Of a DNA stretch of 64,000 bases, positions 10,310 to 20,027 are shown piece by piece. Made by a program: the position numbers and the translations under genes. The notes under the pieces are model-generated. The model did not search any database, was not told the DNA's origin, and saw nothing but the letters and a program-made list of their open reading frames with translations. The DNA is from an uncultured Methanoregulaceae archaeon (GTDB lineage Archaea; Halobacteriota; Methanomicrobia; Methanomicrobiales; Methanospirillaceae). Positions within the stretch are counted from its first letter, which is position 1, and each line of letters starts with the position of its first letter. The stretch lies in NCBI GenBank assembly GCA_963705255.1, contig OY970061.1:256001-320000 (forward strand). The letters run 5' to 3'.

Positions 10310-12201
10310 ATGACCGAAGACTTTGATGTCAGACTTACCGAGAAGCACTACATGCCCGACCCGTCCTACAAGCAGAACAGCTGGGTTGGTGACTATGCAA
10401 CGGTATACCGGGATTTCCTCCGGGACCCGGAACGGTTCTGGGACACTATTGCACGGGAGCTCCACTGGTTCTCCCCATACCGCAAAGTGAAGGAGTGGAA
10501 TTACCCGTACGCCCGCTGGTTCACCGGCGGCAAGACCAACATCACCTACAACTGCCTCGACCGCCACATGCAGAACTCACGGCGCAACAAGGTGGCGCTC
10601 ATCTGGAGAGGCGAGGATGATACCGAGCGGATCTACACCTACCGCCAGCTCTACCGCGAGGTGATGCGGGTTGCCAACGGCCTCAAAAAACTCGGGGTCG
10701 GGAAAGGCGACCGGGTCTGCATCTACATGCCGATGGTGCCGGAGCAGATCATATCGATGCTTGCCTGCGCCCGCATCGGGGTCGTCCACAGCGTGGTCTT
10801 CGGCGGGTTCGGGGCAGCGGCGCTCAACAGCAGGATCACGGGAGCCGGAGCCAAGGTTGTCATCACGGCCGACGTCACCTTCCGGCGCGGCAAGTCCATC
10901 CCGCTCAAGCACATCATCGAGGAGGCGATCATCAACGCCGAGACCGTCGAGCACGTCGTCGTTCTCCGGCGCGAGCAGCACCAGCCGGTCGAGATCCACC
11001 GCGAGATGGAGGTCGACTTCTACGACATGATCCGGGCGCCGGGGCTGACTGCGAACCCGAGGTCATGGACGCGGAAGACCCCCTCTTCATCCTGTATACC
11101 AGCGGCTCGACCGGGGCTCCGAAAGGGATCGTCCATACGTGCGGGGGGTACATGGTCGGAACCTACTACACCACAAAGAACGTCTTCGACATCAAGGACA
11201 CCGATGTCTACTGGTGTACCGCGGACCCGGGCTGGATCACCGGGCATTCCTACGTGGTCTACGGCCCGCTTTCCGTGGGTGCGACCATCATCATGACCGA
11301 AAGCACTCCCGATTTCCCCGACCCCGGGGTCTACTGGCGGATGGTCGAGGAGTTCGGGGTCACGATCCTCTACACAGCGCCGACAGCGATACGGATGTTC
11401 ATGAAGCTCGGGGAGGAGTGGCCGGGTAAATACAACCTGAGCACGCTGAGGATCCTCGGATCCGTTGGCGAACCACTCAACCCCGAGGCGTTCGAGTGGT
11501 ACTACCGCGTCATCGGGAAGGACCGCTGCCCGGTCGTGGACACCTGGTGGCAGACCGAGACCGGCATGCACATGGTGACAACCCTGATCGGGGAACCGAT
11601 GTACCCGGGGTTTGCGGGCAAGGCAGTCCCCGGCGTGGTCGCCGATGTCGTGGACAAAGACGGGAACTCTGTCCCGCCCGGAACCGGGGGTTTTCTCGTG
11701 ATCCGGGAACCCTGGCCTTCCATGCTCAGGACCGTATACAAGGACGACGACCGGTACAGGAAGGACTGGACAACGATCCCCGGGTGCTATGCAGTCGGCG
11801 ACCTTGCGGTCAGGAACAAGGAGGGCTACATCATGGTCCTCGGGCGGGCCGACGACCTGATCGTGGTCGCGGGCCACAACATCGGGACAGCCGAAGTCGA
11901 GAGTGCGCTCGTCTCCCACCAGGCTGTCGCAGAGGCTGCGGTCATCGGCAAACCGGATCCTGTGAAGGGAAATGTCATCAAGGCGTTTGTGATCCTCCGG
12001 GTCGGGCACATTCCCGGCGAACGGCTGAAAAACGAGTTGCTCTACCACGTGCGGATAACGCTCGGCCCCATCGCCATGCCCTCAGAGATCGAGTTCGTCC
12101 AGTCCCTGCCCAAGACCCGCAGCGGCAAGATCATGCGGCGGGTGCTCAAGGCCCAGGAGCTGGGTATGGACCCGGGCGACATCTCGACTCTTGAAGAATA
12201 A
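10310..12201 (+). CDS. acs: acetate--CoA ligase, split by an apparent frameshift at ~11040
   Basis: ORF 10310-11296 ([18 protein letters not shown]) plus ORF 11065-12201 ([31 protein letters not shown]). Confidence 0.93.
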
Positions 12202-12252
12202 GGCCGGATCAAGACCCATCTTTTTAAATACTGTTTTGTGGCATTTATAAAT

Positions 12253-12813
12253 ATGAAGGTCAGACCAGAGGACTCCCTCAAGATCGAGAACATTGTCGCT
12301 TCCGCAAAGGTGACCGATTACCTGGATCTACCCGCGCTCGCATCCAAGATCAAGGACGCCGAATACAACAAGAAGCGGTTTCCGGGGGTCGTGCTCCGGA
12401 TGCAGGACCCCAAGATTGCGGCTCTTGTTTTCGGGTCGGGCAAAGTGGTGCTCACCGGGGCAAAGAGCATCGACAGCCTGAGCAAGGGGCTCAACATCCT
12501 TGGCGGGCTCTTGCGGAAACAGGGCATCGACATCCCCAAGAAACTGGAGTACAAGATCCAGAACATCGTCACCTCGGCCGATCTTGCCACCGCGATAAAC
12601 CTGAACAAGATCGCGGTTGGCTTCAACCTCGACCGGATCGAATACGAGCCCGAACAGTTTCCGGGTCTCGTTTACCGTCTGGACAACCCGAAAGTTGTGG
12701 TGCTCCTCTTCGGGTCCGGCAAACTGATCATCACCGGTGGCAAGGAACCGGACGACGCGAAGAAAGCGGTCGTCAAGATCCTATCAGACCTCCGCAGCCT
12801 CGGTCTCCTGTAA
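12253..12813 (+). CDS. tbp: TATA-box-binding protein
   Basis: Two repeats: IENIVAS/IQNIVTS, FPGVV/YEPEQFPGLVY, FGSGK. Confidence 0.97.
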   Translation: MKVRPEDSLKIENIVASAKVTDYLDLPALASKIKDAEYNKKRFPGVVLRMQDPKIAALVFGSGKVVLTGAKSIDSLSKGLNILGGLLRKQGIDIPKKLEYKIQNIVTSADLATAINLNKIAVGFNLDRIEYEPEQFPGLVYRLDNPKVVVLLFGSGKLIITGGKEPDDAKKAVVKILSDLRSLGLL

Positions 12814-13001
12814 TTATCGTTCCCGGCAGGTTTACCTCCCGGGGTCCAATTTTATTTTTTATTTAACTATTATGATAATGCATATATTGCCCCGATTCAT
12901 CATATATAAAACAACCGGCCATTGCCTGACAATAACGGAGCCTATATATCCTCATTTGAATAAATATATACTAGGTAGTTTAAAAAATCTGGATGTGATG
13001 C

Positions 13002-13376
13002 ATGAGAACAGAGAACGTAATGTATTTTACTGAAAAGGAAGAGGAGTTTGCAAATCTCCTCATCGAGATCGGAACGAAACGGAATGTTGCAAAGGTGCTG
13101 GTATTCCTTGCAAACACATCCGAGGCGACATCACGCGCCATCGAACGCGGGACCGACCTCCGCCAGCCGGAAGTCAGCATTGCGATGCGCTACCTGATCG
13201 AGCAGAACTGGATCTCGAGCAGGGAGAGCAAGGCTGAGAGCAAGGGGCGCCCGGTCAAGATCTACGAGCTGGCCAAACCCATCCAGGAGATCATGGACAA
13301 CATCGAGAAAGAGAAGAAGAAGGAAGCAAACAACCAGCTCGCCCTGGTCCAGAAGTTACGGGACTACATCCGCTGA
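13002..13376 (+). CDS. wHTH transcriptional regulator (methanogen ArsR/MarR-like family)
   Basis: SRAIERGTDLRQPEVSIAM, KGRPVKIYEL. Confidence 0.85.
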   Translation: MRTENVMYFTEKEEEFANLLIEIGTKRNVAKVLVFLANTSEATSRAIERGTDLRQPEVSIAMRYLIEQNWISSRESKAESKGRPVKIYELAKPIQEIMDNIEKEKKKEANNQLALVQKLRDYIR

Positions 13377-14069
13377 AGTAACAATCCTGCACTTTTTTTC
13401 GCCACCGACGATCACGGTGGTCTTGTCTGCAAAGCCGGTGAAGAGTCCGCTCTCCACAACTCCCGGCACGGAAGCAATTGCCGCTTCGAGCTCAGCGGGC
13501 CGTGTGATCTCTGCAAACGTGCAGTCAAGGATAAAATTCCCGTTGTCCGTTATGACCGGGCCGTCTTTTCTGGCCCCCTCGCGGATGACCGGGCGGCACC
13601 CGAACCCCCTGAGCTGGGTCATAACCGGGCGGACAGCAAACGGGATCACTTCCACCGGTACCGGGGCACCAAGCCGGGGAACCACTTTCTGTTCGTCAAC
13701 GATAACGACGAACCGGAATGCGGCAGCCGCCACGCATTTCTCCCGCGTGTGGGCGGCCCCGCGCCCCTTGATCAGGTTCAGGCCGGGGCCGACCTCATCG
13801 GCGCCGTCAATTGCGATATCGATGACCGGGTTATCATCGAGCGTGGTCAGCGGGATGGCATATTCACGGGCACGCATGGCGGTCTGGTAGGATGTGGGGA
13901 CCCCCGATATCTTCAGCCCTTCCCGGACCCGGGACGAGAGCCGCTCGATCATGTAATACACGGTCGAACCGGTCCCAAGCCCGATCACCATGCCGTCTTC
14001 CACCATATCCGCGGCATGATAGCCGGCCGCGCTCTTTGCCGCCGTAAGGGCCCTCACTTTCTCATCCAT
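13356..14069 (-). CDS. rpiA: ribose-5-phosphate isomerase A
   Basis: GLGTGST, DGADEV, IKGRGAA..REK; real start MDEKV at 14069. Confidence 0.95.
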   Translation of the reverse strand: MDEKVRALTAAKSAAGYHAADMVEDGMVIGLGTGSTVYYMIERLSSRVREGLKISGVPTSYQTAMRAREYAIPLTTLDDNPVIDIAIDGADEVGPGLNLIKGRGAAHTREKCVAAAAFRFVVIVDEQKVVPRLGAPVPVEVIPFAVRPVMTQLRGFGCRPVIREGARKDGPVITDNGNFILDCTFAEITRPAELEAAIASVPGVVESGLFTGFADKTTVIVGGEKKCRIVTSADVVP

Positions 14070-14131
14070 GCAAGTGATACGTATCGGTGCGAGAATAATT
14101 AAAACTGGTGATTCCGGGCAGGGCCCGGGCG

Positions 14132-14914
14132 TCAGGATAAAAAGATCTTCCTGGTGTCCTCGTGGGCCCTGTGAGCCGTGCAGTCGAGGGTGACCGGGGT
14201 TATCGAGACGTTGCCTTCCCTGACGGAATGGACATCGGTCCCCTCCCCGGCGTCGGTGAAGAGGGGGCCGTTGATCCAGAAATACGGGCGGCCGCGGGGG
14301 TCGAGCCGTTTTTCCACGCCGGTGTGGAAGAGCTTCCGGGCAAGGCGGGTCACCTCGTAACCGCCTCTCACCTTCGAAGGGATGTTCACGTTGATCACGT
14401 CCGCATCGGGAGGGAACCCGTGCGCGAGCACGCGATCGACGACGTCGCGTACGATCTTCTTTGCCGCATCGAAACTCTGGCCGTGCGTGCGGGGGTCGTC
14501 GAACTTGTCGCCCTGGTCCTCGACCTGAAGCGAGAAGGCGATGCCCTTGACACCCTGGTTCGAGGCTTCCAGTGCCGCCCCGACCGTCCCGGATGTCATG
14601 ATGGACTCGAACGAGAGGTTCTCTCCGATATTGATCCCGCTCACCACCATCGTCGGGTTGAGTTTGAGCGCGTAAAGCCCGATGATCACGGCGTCGGTCG
14701 GCTTGCCGGCCACTGCCCATGCAGGCACCCCGTTCAGCACGACCTGGTTTGCCCGCAGCGGCTCGAAGATTGAGATCGACCTGCCGACTGCGCTCTGCTG
14801 GGTGGCCGGGGCGACGACCGTCACGTCCGCGATGGGAACGAGGGCTTCGTACGCCGCCCAGAGCCCGATCGAGCTCACGCCGTCGTCATTGGTCAGCAGG
14901 ATGGAAGGTCTCAT
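14132..14914 (-). CDS. surE: 5'/3'-nucleotidase SurE
   Basis: ILLTNDDG, VSGINIGEN, SGTVGAA, SITPV. Confidence 0.95.
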   Translation of the reverse strand: MRPSILLTNDDGVSSIGLWAAYEALVPIADVTVVAPATQQSAVGRSISIFEPLRANQVVLNGVPAWAVAGKPTDAVIIGLYALKLNPTMVVSGINIGENLSFESIMTSGTVGAALEASNQGVKGIAFSLQVEDQGDKFDDPRTHGQSFDAAKKIVRDVVDRVLAHGFPPDADVINVNIPSKVRGGYEVTRLARKLFHTGVEKRLDPRGRPYFWINGPLFTDAGEGTDVHSVREGNVSITPVTLDCTAHRAHEDTRKIFLS

Positions 14915-15121
14915 ATGCATCGTCTCTGGCTTCTTCTCCACACATAAAGTCGGAGACCTCCCTCTTATTCCTTTCCGGTCTTCTCGCAGGGGGATCCGCA
15001 CGCATCACCCACAACGACCAGTCCCGTTCATCTATCTGCGGCCGGTCGTGAACGGTACGGAACCCTGCGAGGGTTCACCGATCGGATAGGGTAATTTTCC
15101 CAGACAGCATAGGTACGGGGG

Positions 15122-16006
15122 ATGAAGGTCCTGCTTGCCGAATACACCACTGCCCATGACCCCGCCCTGGCCCGCGAGGGCAGGGCAATGCTCGAAGTCC
15201 TTACCCGGAGCTTCACGCGCTGCGGCCACGAACCGGTCCCTGTCGGGAGCGGTGACTTTGCATCGGAGATCGAACTCCTCGCCCCTGCCTGCGACATGGG
15301 GCTCGTGATCGCCCCGGACGAGATGCTCGCAAAGTATACGATGCTTCTCGAGCAGCACACCTACAACCTCGGCTGCGGGTTCATGACGGCAGCCCTCTGC
15401 GCAAACAAGGTGCAGACCGGCAAAGTCCTGCGGAGCCACGGCATCCCGGTCCCCGGCGATGCGGGGAAAGGGAAGCGGGTGATCAAACCGGTGAAAGGCT
15501 GCGGCTCGCAGGGAGTCAGGCTGTCGGACGGTGAACCGGGCGAAGGGGAGTTCGCGCAGGAGTACATCGAGGGAGAACACCTCTCGGTCAGCATCGTCTC
15601 AAACCGCGTCATCGGGGACGCCTGCCTCTACTTCACGGGAAATCCCGCGGCTGTCCTTGCGGTCAACCGGCAGCTCATCGGGACGGCCGAGGACGGGTCA
15701 TTCCGGTACCTTGGCGGGGAGACGCCGGTCCACCCGGCCCGCGAAGACGAGATTACCGGCGTGGCCAGAAAGGCGGCGGAGGTGCTCGGCTGCCAGGGGT
15801 ATTGCGGGATTGATGTCGTGGTCGCCGACAAGGTCTATGTCGTTGACGTGAACCCGCGGATCACGACGAGCCTCGTGGGGATTGCCGCCTGTATGGAGGA
15901 GGAGATCGCCGACCTCCTCATCTCAGCCTCGAAAGGCGAAGGGCCGGCTGAGGTCCACCTGAAGGGAAGCGTCCGGTTCGATACGCACGGGAAGGTCACG
16001 CAGTGA
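15122..16006 (+). CDS. mfnD: ATP-grasp ligase, likely tyramine--glutamate ligase of methanofuran biosynthesis
   Basis: VIKPVKGCGS, QEYIEGEHLS, YCGIDVV, DVNPRITTS; adjacent to an mfnF-like gene. Confidence 0.75.
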   Translation: MKVLLAEYTTAHDPALAREGRAMLEVLTRSFTRCGHEPVPVGSGDFASEIELLAPACDMGLVIAPDEMLAKYTMLLEQHTYNLGCGFMTAALCANKVQTGKVLRSHGIPVPGDAGKGKRVIKPVKGCGSQGVRLSDGEPGEGEFAQEYIEGEHLSVSIVSNRVIGDACLYFTGNPAAVLAVNRQLIGTAEDGSFRYLGGETPVHPAREDEITGVARKAAEVLGCQGYCGIDVVVADKVYVVDVNPRITTSLVGIAACMEEEIADLLISASKGEGPAEVHLKGSVRFDTHGKVTQ

Positions 16007-16971
16007 TGATCGGGATCGATGTCGGGGGCGCGAATCTCAAGGTTGTTGACAAAAATGGCGTCCACCTCCACTACTGCCCCCTCTGGGAGGAGGCGCCTGT
16101 CACGGACTACCTCCTGCGCTACGTGCAGGGGCCGGCCGATCCCGCGGCTGTCGTGATGAGCGGGGAGCTTGCCGACTGTTTTGAGAACAAGGCGCAGGGG
16201 ATCTCGTTCATCGTGGGTGCCGTGAAGGCTGCCTTTCCACGGGCGAAGTTCTATGGCACGGACGCCCGGTTCCACGATGGGGCAGCCCCGTTCCTTGCGG
16301 CTGCCAACTGGCTTGCCTCCGCGGACTACCTCAGGATACGCCACCCCGGCGCCGTCCTGCTGGACATCGGGAGCACGACGGCCGATATCATCCCCTTCGG
16401 GCGGTTCCCGGAACTGCACGACCTCACCGATCTCCTGCGGCTCCAGAAGGGATATCTCCTGTATACCGGCATGCTCCGCACGAACATCGCCACGCTCCTC
16501 CGGTCCGTGGATATTGAGGGTGTCTGGACACCGGTCAGCACAGAATATTTCGCCGCGAGCGCCGATGCCCACCTCGTCCTCGGGAATATCACGCCAGGAC
16601 AATACACCTGCGATTCTCCGGATCACCGGGAGAGGTCCCGGGAAGCATCGCTGCGGAGGCTTGCCAGGGTGGTCTGTGCCGACCTCGATGAGATTGGTGC
16701 GGAGGGAGCAGTTGAGATCGCCCGGCAGTTCTGGGATGTCCAGCGGGACCTGGTGTGTGGCCAGGTGAGAAAAGTCGCAAAGGATTCCCGTGCCCGGGAG
16801 ATTATTGTCGCGGGCATCGGGGCCCCGATTTTTGCCCGCGAACTGGGCGGCGCCGACCTCACGCAGGAACTGGGCCCTGCCGCCGATGCCCTGCCGGCGT
16901 TTGCCGTACGGGAGATCGCGGTGAGGGACGGGATATTTTCCGGGATAGGGAATAAAGAAAAAAGAGAATAA
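16003..16971 (+). CDS. mfnF: hydantoinase/oxoprolinase-family (H4MPT-linked C1) protein, likely MfnF
   Basis: GIDVGGANLK, MSGELADCF, AAANW, DIGSTTADI. Confidence 0.75.
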   Translation: MMIGIDVGGANLKVVDKNGVHLHYCPLWEEAPVTDYLLRYVQGPADPAAVVMSGELADCFENKAQGISFIVGAVKAAFPRAKFYGTDARFHDGAAPFLAAANWLASADYLRIRHPGAVLLDIGSTTADIIPFGRFPELHDLTDLLRLQKGYLLYTGMLRTNIATLLRSVDIEGVWTPVSTEYFAASADAHLVLGNITPGQYTCDSPDHRERSREASLRRLARVVCADLDEIGAEGAVEIARQFWDVQRDLVCGQVRKVAKDSRAREIIVAGIGAPIFARELGGADLTQELGPAADALPAFAVREIAVRDGIFSGIGNKEKRE

Positions 16972-17224
16972 GGCTCTGTTGAAATCCTCAGAGAAACATG
17001 CAGTCGCTCTTGGGGGCTCCAGCACTTCATGCTTCCGCCCCCGCCGCTCGGGCATCCCCCATATAGGGATAGTTCCTCAGAAGGTTGATGAAAACCCCGA
17101 AAAACGGGGGTCAAGGGGATGCTCCCCTTGGGATGCCTCCCCCGCTGGGGGAGAGAGGGGGTTACCCTCATAACCGCAGCAGTGTATAAGCAAATGATCA
17201 GAAAAATAGGATTTCAACAAAGCC
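16972..17224. mobile_element. MITE, 253 bp, with IS903/IS5-family-like terminal inverted repeats
   Basis: Left end GGCTCTGTTGAAATCCT, right end AGGATTTCAACAAAGCC (17 bp, 1 mismatch); no transposase; interior homologous to 21333-21560. Confidence 0.8.
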
Positions 17225-17282
17225 AAGAATAAGGAAAAAAGCCTATGAACCTGTCGCCCGGCAGCGCAACCGGGGAACCTCC

Positions 17283-17534
17283 ATGAAATCCTGGAAGCTG
17301 AGCCTTCTCCTACTCGCCGGCTCCCTTGCGGTCACCGTACTCCTCTGGTACCTGGGCCTGCCGTTCTTCTTCGTCTTCCTCTTCGTCCCGCTTGCGCCCT
17401 TTTTCGGCCGCAGGAGGACGGTCAGGACGTGCCCTGTGTGCGGATGGGAAACCACAGGCAGCGAGCGCTTCTGCCCCCGTGATGCGACCCCCCTCCGGGA
17501 TCCGGGCGGCGAGGGTGGAGAGGGAGAGAAGTGA
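17283..17534 (+). CDS. small membrane protein with C-terminal Zn ribbon
   Basis: Hydrophobic N-terminus then CPVCG...FCPRD. Confidence 0.6.
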   Translation: MKSWKLSLLLLAGSLAVTVLLWYLGLPFFFVFLFVPLAPFFGRRRTVRTCPVCGWETTGSERFCPRDATPLRDPGGEGGEGEK

Positions 17535-17987
17535 GAACGGGAGCCTCATCCCGAATACGTCCGCGGTCGGGATATCCCCGAAATTCCGTCCCGCGTAATT
17601 CCGCCAGGTTGTGCGATCGACGACAATCCCCAGGGCATCGATCACCCTGGCAGCCCGGCTGGGTGGCATCGTGGTCGAGAGCGTGGAAAAAATATCAACG
17701 ACCGGTGACCCGATCCGGGTACCGGGATAAAACGGCTCATCGGCATAACAGAGGTTGCAGCATGTCTTACAGGTAAATCTTTTCACGCGGACGGTGACGA
17801 TGTAATCCTGGTCGTGCTCCATGAGCACAGCAAATTTTTTCCGTCTCGTGTCATAGCCCTGCAGCGGTCCCCCGCACTTCGGGCATCGGGACAATCCGGT
17901 GAATTCGATCCCGTCTAACGAGGAGATGGTGGTCTGTACCAGATCTCTGACCATCGGCGGGATGCGGGGAGGTCTCATGGTGCGCAC
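17310..17987 (-). CDS. hypothetical Zn-ribbon/HTH protein resembling a transposase N-terminus
   Basis: CPKCG...VRVKRFTCKTC, then SRAARVIDALGIVVDRTT; no DDE domain seen. Confidence 0.6.
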   Translation of the reverse strand: MRTMRPPRIPPMVRDLVQTTISSLDGIEFTGLSRCPKCGGPLQGYDTRRKKFAVLMEHDQDYIVTVRVKRFTCKTCCNLCYADEPFYPGTRIGSPVVDIFSTLSTTMPPSRAARVIDALGIVVDRTTWRNYAGRNFGDIPTADVFGMRLPFSLLSLSTLAARIPEGGRITGAEALAACGFPSAHRARPDRPPAAEKGRKRDEEEDEEERQAQVPEEYGDRKGAGE

Positions 17988-18166
17988 TCAGGGAACCTGA
18001 CCGTTCTTTCCTTTTTGCCGGCATGCAAACTGGTTTACCGGTCCAGGTTGTCATAGAAAACTCTATTGTTTTGCTTATATACCCCCCTGGTATTCATCAA
18101 TTTAATGTACGTTTTACGTAACATTAAATACGATCAGGTGGAACCCTGTTTGTTCGAGGACAGAAC

Positions 18167-20026
18167 ATGGATTTCAATTACGTACCAAGCACCTGCCCCT
18201 ATTGCGGCAACGGCTGCGGGATCAACCTTGTCGTCAGGGACGGCACCGTTGCCGGGATCTCACCCTGGCACCGTAACCCGGTCAACGAGGGGAAGGTCTG
18301 CATCCGCGGGAACAAGTCGTTCGAGTTTGTCAACAACCCCGCGCGGCTCACCACCCCCCTGATCAGGAAGGACGGGAAGTTTGTCGAGACCAGCTGGGAA
18401 GACGCGTATAAGGAGATCGCCTCCGCGTTCAAGGCTATCAAGGGAGACGCAATCGGTGTTGTCGCCTCCGCACGGAACACCAACGAGGACTCTTTTGTCT
18501 TGAAGAACTTCGCGGCAAACGTGCTGAAGACCGCCAACATCGACTACTGCGGCCGCCGCTGCAATGCCGACGCGGTCAGGGGACTCGCTGACGCTTTCGG
18601 CGCCGGGGCAACCACCAACTCCCTCGCCGACCTGAGCGAGGCAAAGGCAATCCTTGTCGTGGGCAGCGACCCGCTTGCGGAGAACCCGCTTGCCGGCCGC
18701 AGGGTGATCATCGCCCAGCAGAACGGCGCAAAGATCATCGTCGCCGACGCCCGCACCACGGCAACGGCAAAGATCGCCGACCTTCACATCGCCTGCAACC
18801 CGGGCACCGGTGTCGCATTGGTCAACGGCATCATCAGCGCGATCGTCAGGGCCGGAAAGGAGGACAAGGACTTCATCGCAAAGAAGACGAAGGACTTCGA
18901 GAAGTGCAAGGCAGCCGCTGCCTCCGCAACCCCCGACGCGGTCGCCAAGATCTGCGGTATATCCGCTGACGCTGTCACCAGGGCAGCCGAGATCTTTGCA
19001 GCAGCCCAGCCCGCGGCAGTCGTCACCTCCGCAGGGGCAGGCTCGGGAGACCTTATCCGGGCAGTTGCAAATCTCCAGCTCGTGACCGGCAATGTCGGCA
19101 AGGCCGGTTCCGGTGTCAACCTCCTCCGCGGCAAGAGCAATGCCCAGGGAGCGGCCGATGTCGGTGCCGTCCCCGGAGAGGGCGGCCTGACCGTCCCGGC
19201 CATGATCGACGCGGCAGCAGCCGGCAAGATCAAGGCGCTCTACGTGGTCGGCGAGAACATCGCCTCCGCAGGCGCCCATGTCACTGATGCCCTCGGCAAG
19301 CTTGACTTCCTTGTTGTCCAGGACCTCTTCATGACCGAGACTGCAGCGAAGGCAAACGTTGTCCTGCCCTCTGCCTCCTTTGCAGAGCGCGACGGCACCG
19401 TCACCAACGCCGAGCGCCGTGTCCAGAGAGTGCGAAAGGCAGTCGAGCCGGTCGGGTCTTCCAGGGCAGACTGGCAGATCGTTGCCGAACTCGCCAAAGC
19501 GATGGGCCACGAGAAGGAGTTCGCCTTCAAGGACGCAGAGGCGATCTTCAACGAGATTGCAAAGGTAGTCCCTGCCTATGCAGGCATCACCTACGCGAAG
19601 CTCGAGCAGCCTGAGGCCGTCCAGTGGCCGGCAGCAGGCGGGGCGTTCGGCACCGCGATCCTGTATGCCGACAAGTTCGCGACCAGGGACGGCAAGGCAG
19701 CCTTCGCCGCAGTTGACTTCAAGGCAGGCGAAGCAGTCAGCGCAGAGTTCCCGTTCATGGTCGCCGCCCAGTGGCCCACGGGCACCCTGTCCGTCAACAC
19801 TGCCTCCATTGTCCGCGAATGGCCAAACCCCGCAGTCTCCATCAACAAGGAGGATGCAAAGGCCCTCGGGATCACGAGCGGCCAACCGGTAAAGGTGACC
19901 GGCAAGGGCGGCAGCGCAGTCCTCGAGGCGAAGGTCACCGCAGACATCAAGAAGGGTGTCGTCTCCATGCCGGCAACTTTTGCGGCTGCGGCGGTCAAAG
20001 TCGAGAAAGTAACGGAGGGAGCATAA
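18167..20026 (+). CDS. FdhA-like molybdopterin oxidoreductase subunit (divergent)
   Basis: CPYCGNGC...GKVCIRG Fe-S motif, LRGKSNAQGA, VVQDLFMTETA, TNAERRVQ. Confidence 0.85.
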   Translation: MDFNYVPSTCPYCGNGCGINLVVRDGTVAGISPWHRNPVNEGKVCIRGNKSFEFVNNPARLTTPLIRKDGKFVETSWEDAYKEIASAFKAIKGDAIGVVASARNTNEDSFVLKNFAANVLKTANIDYCGRRCNADAVRGLADAFGAGATTNSLADLSEAKAILVVGSDPLAENPLAGRRVIIAQQNGAKIIVADARTTATAKIADLHIACNPGTGVALVNGIISAIVRAGKEDKDFIAKKTKDFEKCKAAAASATPDAVAKICGISADAVTRAAEIFAAAQPAAVVTSAGAGSGDLIRAVANLQLVTGNVGKAGSGVNLLRGKSNAQGAADVGAVPGEGGLTVPAMIDAAAAGKIKALYVVGENIASAGAHVTDALGKLDFLVVQDLFMTETAAKANVVLPSASFAERDGTVTNAERRVQRVRKAVEPVGSSRADWQIVAELAKAMGHEKEFAFKDAEAIFNEIAKVVPAYAGITYAKLEQPEAVQWPAAGGAFGTAILYADKFATRDGKAAFAAVDFKAGEAVSAEFPFMVAAQWPTGTLSVNTASIVREWPNPAVSINKEDAKALGITSGQPVKVTGKGGSAVLEAKVTADIKKGVVSMPATFAAAAVKVEKVTEGA

Positions 20027-20027
20027 C

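Noticed and set aside
10310-12201. Programmed frameshift or pseudogene in acs
   Set aside because: No clear slippery heptamer; similar indels occur throughout the window, so error is more likely.
13356-14720. 454-aa extended RpiA
   Set aside because: The N-terminal part is an off-frame read through surE; the real start is 14069.
18167-20026. Selenocysteine-containing FdhA
   Set aside because: The ligand codon is TGC and there is no in-frame TGA.
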